A stretch of DNA of 64,000 nt from Chlorokybus atmophyticus. Its lineage: Eukaryota > Plantae > Mesostigma and Chlorokybus algae. The position numbers were made by a program, and so were the translations under genes. Within the stretch, counting starts at the first letter, position 1, and every line of letters begins with the position of its first letter. The stretch covers positions 744,001 to 808,000 of the forward strand of contig RHPI01000638.1 in NCBI GenBank assembly GCA_009103225.1. The letters are read 5' to 3'. The notes under the pieces were generated by a model. The model had not been told where the DNA came from. It worked only from the letters and a program-made list of their open reading frames with translations, and did not search any database. This document shows, piece after piece, positions 61,188-64,000 of this stretch.

Positions 61188-62980
61188 GCTTTTGCTCATT
61201 GTTGAGAGGCAAAGGCAGCAAGCGCGTTTGGCCACAGAGCGCATTTGCACGTCTTTTCTTGGAAGACGCCGCCTAGAGTGCAACTATCATCCGCCATGCA
61301 GGTATGCACACCAAATGCGCACATGTGCACATTCGTTATGAACTTTGGGCTCTGTCAACTGCGCAGGTTAAACTTCTTTCATGTGCAAGTGCAGCACTTG
61401 CTGATGTGCATCATCTGCTGCTAGGCAGACTCCATCCGCGACGCTACGCAAACAATGACAATGATGGGCGCCCAAGCTTGTTGCGTGGTCCTGTAAGCCA
61501 TGCTGGTACATTGCATGCAATGTCAAGTGCTTGCCGAAAGTGTACAGCAAATACTATGTTAGGTTGTATCTTACGTTGCCCATGCGGACATGCTGCGGTA
61601 ATGAGTTGATGTGCATGATGTTGCACAGGCCACAATTCACCACCCCGGACGTTGCATTTCGTCTGTACTTTTGAAATGCTTGCCACCTTCATCCATGTCT
61701 GTTAGCATTCGCAAGCGCATTTGAAGCCCAAGAAAGAATCCTGCGGTCATGCTCTGCAGCCGCGGCATAGACCGCCCGGACGATTAGGTGCGTGCAAGTT
61801 AGTCTAATTAAAGGTGTTGGTGTAAACATTGATTGTGAGAATAGTGTGCAGGATGAGCCTTACAACAACTTCATTGAGGGAATCATGAAAGAACTACGCG
61901 CGTTGAGGCGGCAATTTTGACTATGGCAAACAGATGGGGAATTTTAAAGCAATAAAGAGGTAATGATTGAGGGCGTCCTGGCCTCGGCGTACTTCATAGA
62001 GAATGCGTTGGCCCTGGCTGAGTCTGCGGGGGGGCGGGGTGATGCAACAAGTGTGAGCATAAAAGGTGTAGAGTTCTTGATCATCCAAGACATTCTTCGT
62101 ACATATGTTCTAGTGCAGCAAACGTCTCAAGCATTTGAGTCTATAATCCGCGAGTTGGAAGCTGAGGTAGGGTGTATCTGTTTGATGTGTATGACCACGT
62201 TGTAACAACAATAATTTGCTTGTATTACATAGAGCTAGTTGCTTTGTGCAGGATGCGCCTTACCATGCGTTTAAGGCATTTCGCATTAACGTCTTACAAA
62301 GAGAAGAAGAGAAGCAAGTTGGATTGCATGAAATGGTCGTTATGAATGTGGAGCACATTTGGAGTTTGATACGCCTTGGAGCAAATAATGATGCTCATAC
62401 AGCCTCAAGCCATCCGCTCGCCACTTTAAAGCCATTCATGAACCAACGTGAGCGCAAGGTGTACGAGCACTTTCAATTAACTACATTGCAGGGGACTCTG
62501 CCGGTAAGTGAGCCACATATCATGCTTTACAATATGTGGCTGTGACTTATGCTTGTAGCTTCGTTTAATCAGCAGCACTAGCGAACTCAAAGGGCTCAGC
62601 ACTCATTGCTGCTATGTGGTTATCGCCGCGAGGTACCAATTGCAGGGCATCAATGTTCCTAGCCACTTCGAGGTCAACTGCCAAGGCAACTTGCTAGAAG
62701 ATGGCAATAGTCGCCCGATGCTGGTCATGGGGGAAGTCAGAAGTAGCTATAAAGGTGCGTATGTGGCCATATGTGTAGTACTTCAATCGCCCTCGTGACC
62801 AAGTGCTATTGTCGTGCAAAACTTGCCAAGGCAAACCAACAATTAGCACTTGCTCTAAATACGGTGAAGTTTGTGCTTGAACACATCAGCGGTTGTGACA
62901 TGTCGGTCGGTGGCGTCATTACAGCACTAAGTCCGCTATTGGTGGTGGACACCCTCGATGACAGCCAGCTTGGCATCTGA
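61188..62980 (+). pseudogene. Decayed multi-exon gene with a C-terminal PD-(D/E)xK nuclease-like motif
   Basis: Exon-like blocks after GCAG acceptors; in-frame stops in the exon near 61852-61960; PSHFEVNCQG..VMGEVRSS..KANQQL pattern at 62646-62850. Confidence 0.45.
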
Positions 62981-63109
62981 GTTCGCGTGGCGCAGCGGCG
63001 GCCGTGATCGATCAGGGTGTGAAGCGCTATCATGTGAGTGACAATGTGTTGCAGTTTGTTTGAATTAGGGTGATGTCACACAGGTGTGCAAGATTTTTGC
63101 TACAGTGTT

Positions 63110-63112
<3 letters not shown>

Positions 63113-63178
<66 letters not shown>

Positions 63179-63238
63179 CTCGCTCTCTCTCTCTCTCGCT
63201 CTCCCTCCTTCTCGCTCTCCCTCCCTCTCGCTCTCTCG
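63113..63238. repeat. (CT)n-rich microsatellite
   Basis: Read from the sequence. Confidence 0.95.
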
Positions 63239-63262
63239 CCCTAACCCTAACCCTAACCCTAA
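63239..63262 (-). repeat. Interstitial telomere-like repeat (CCCTAA)4
   Basis: Four exact CCCTAA units (TTAGGG on the minus strand) directly after the CT tract. Confidence 0.85.
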
Positions 63263-64000
63263 CCCCCATGCATAATGGCCATGTCAGCTGGATCATCATA
63301 TCCCACATATCGCGGCGGGGTCACGCCTAATGCACTTTGCTTGGTTCTACAACTCACTGCGCCTGATGTTTACTTAATGTTCACCAATGGTTGGCTCGAA
63401 CACGAGCGCTTTGAAATGTGTGCATTTGGAGCAAAATGCATGTAGACGTGCACTTTACGTGGGTTCCCCCAAAATACCGCGCCCGGTGCACGTGCGTGTA
63501 TGTAATGTACATACAGGCACGTACACCACGCGGATAACTACTTGCGGCAAGCAGTTATCATCCATAAATGCACGTGCACTTACAGCGATTAAACAAGCAG
63601 TGCAGTTTGCGCACGAAATACTGACGCCAATGATCAGCGAGCAACGGTGTTACAGCTGTTGCAAGACGACTATTATCGGTTTGCGCGTTCATGCACACGT
63701 GATGCTCCCACTTGGTGTGTAACAAACACAGCAAGATGACACATTGTTGCATGGCATGCAACAGGTGTTGTGCATTTTTCACAAGAAGCTGTGTGCAACA
63801 CATTAGCGAACAGCAAGAACTTTGCAGATTGTTGCTAACTCCGTAAGGCAGTTATTGCGGCCTTCGGAATACGATTATTATATTATAACATCTTGTGTCC
63901 ATTGGATGGTGTCCGACACTGTGCATGCACACACGATGACTTTTACAAAAGCCATTATGGCCAATATGCACACCTCCAAAATGACGCCCAGCTTTTTGTT

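Noticed and set aside
1-64000. tRNA, rRNA or snRNA genes
   Set aside because: No cloverleaf, rRNA-conserved or snRNA-like segments were recognised by eye; a covariance-model scan would be needed to exclude them fully.

Overview
Eukaryotic nuclear DNA from a flagellated green alga, probably an early-diverging streptophyte (inferred from a DRC2 ortholog, plant-type 24-aa LRRs, SnRK1-beta, a plastid NTT and introns full of CA/TG repeats). Most entries in the ORF track are noise from introns or microsatellites; the real genes are spliced and were rebuilt by eye. 1-8.3 kb is a decayed Ty3/Gypsy retrotransposon. Its pol carries a C5 cytosine methyltransferase between protease and RT, and a PHD finger after the integrase. 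Next come a truncated GNAT pseudogene and a secreted double LRR-extensin gene (10.5-14.8 kb). At 14.8-15.5 kb is a non-LTR retrotransposon remnant with a degenerate 2A (StopGo) peptide directly before an AP-endonuclease start. The middle holds housekeeping genes: MnmE, SnRK1/AMPK-beta with a polyQ tail, DRC2, a frameshifted PEP-mutase/ICL-family gene, NTT, CAND1 and a TMX-like thioredoxin. The right end has two intact tandem GLYAT-like GNAT paralogs, an unexplained 3.7-kb gene-like spacer, an N gap, a decayed PD-(D/E)xK-like gene and a short TTAGGG-type interstitial repeat. No rRNA, tRNA or CRISPR array was seen. Exon boundaries were read manually and are approximate where stated.
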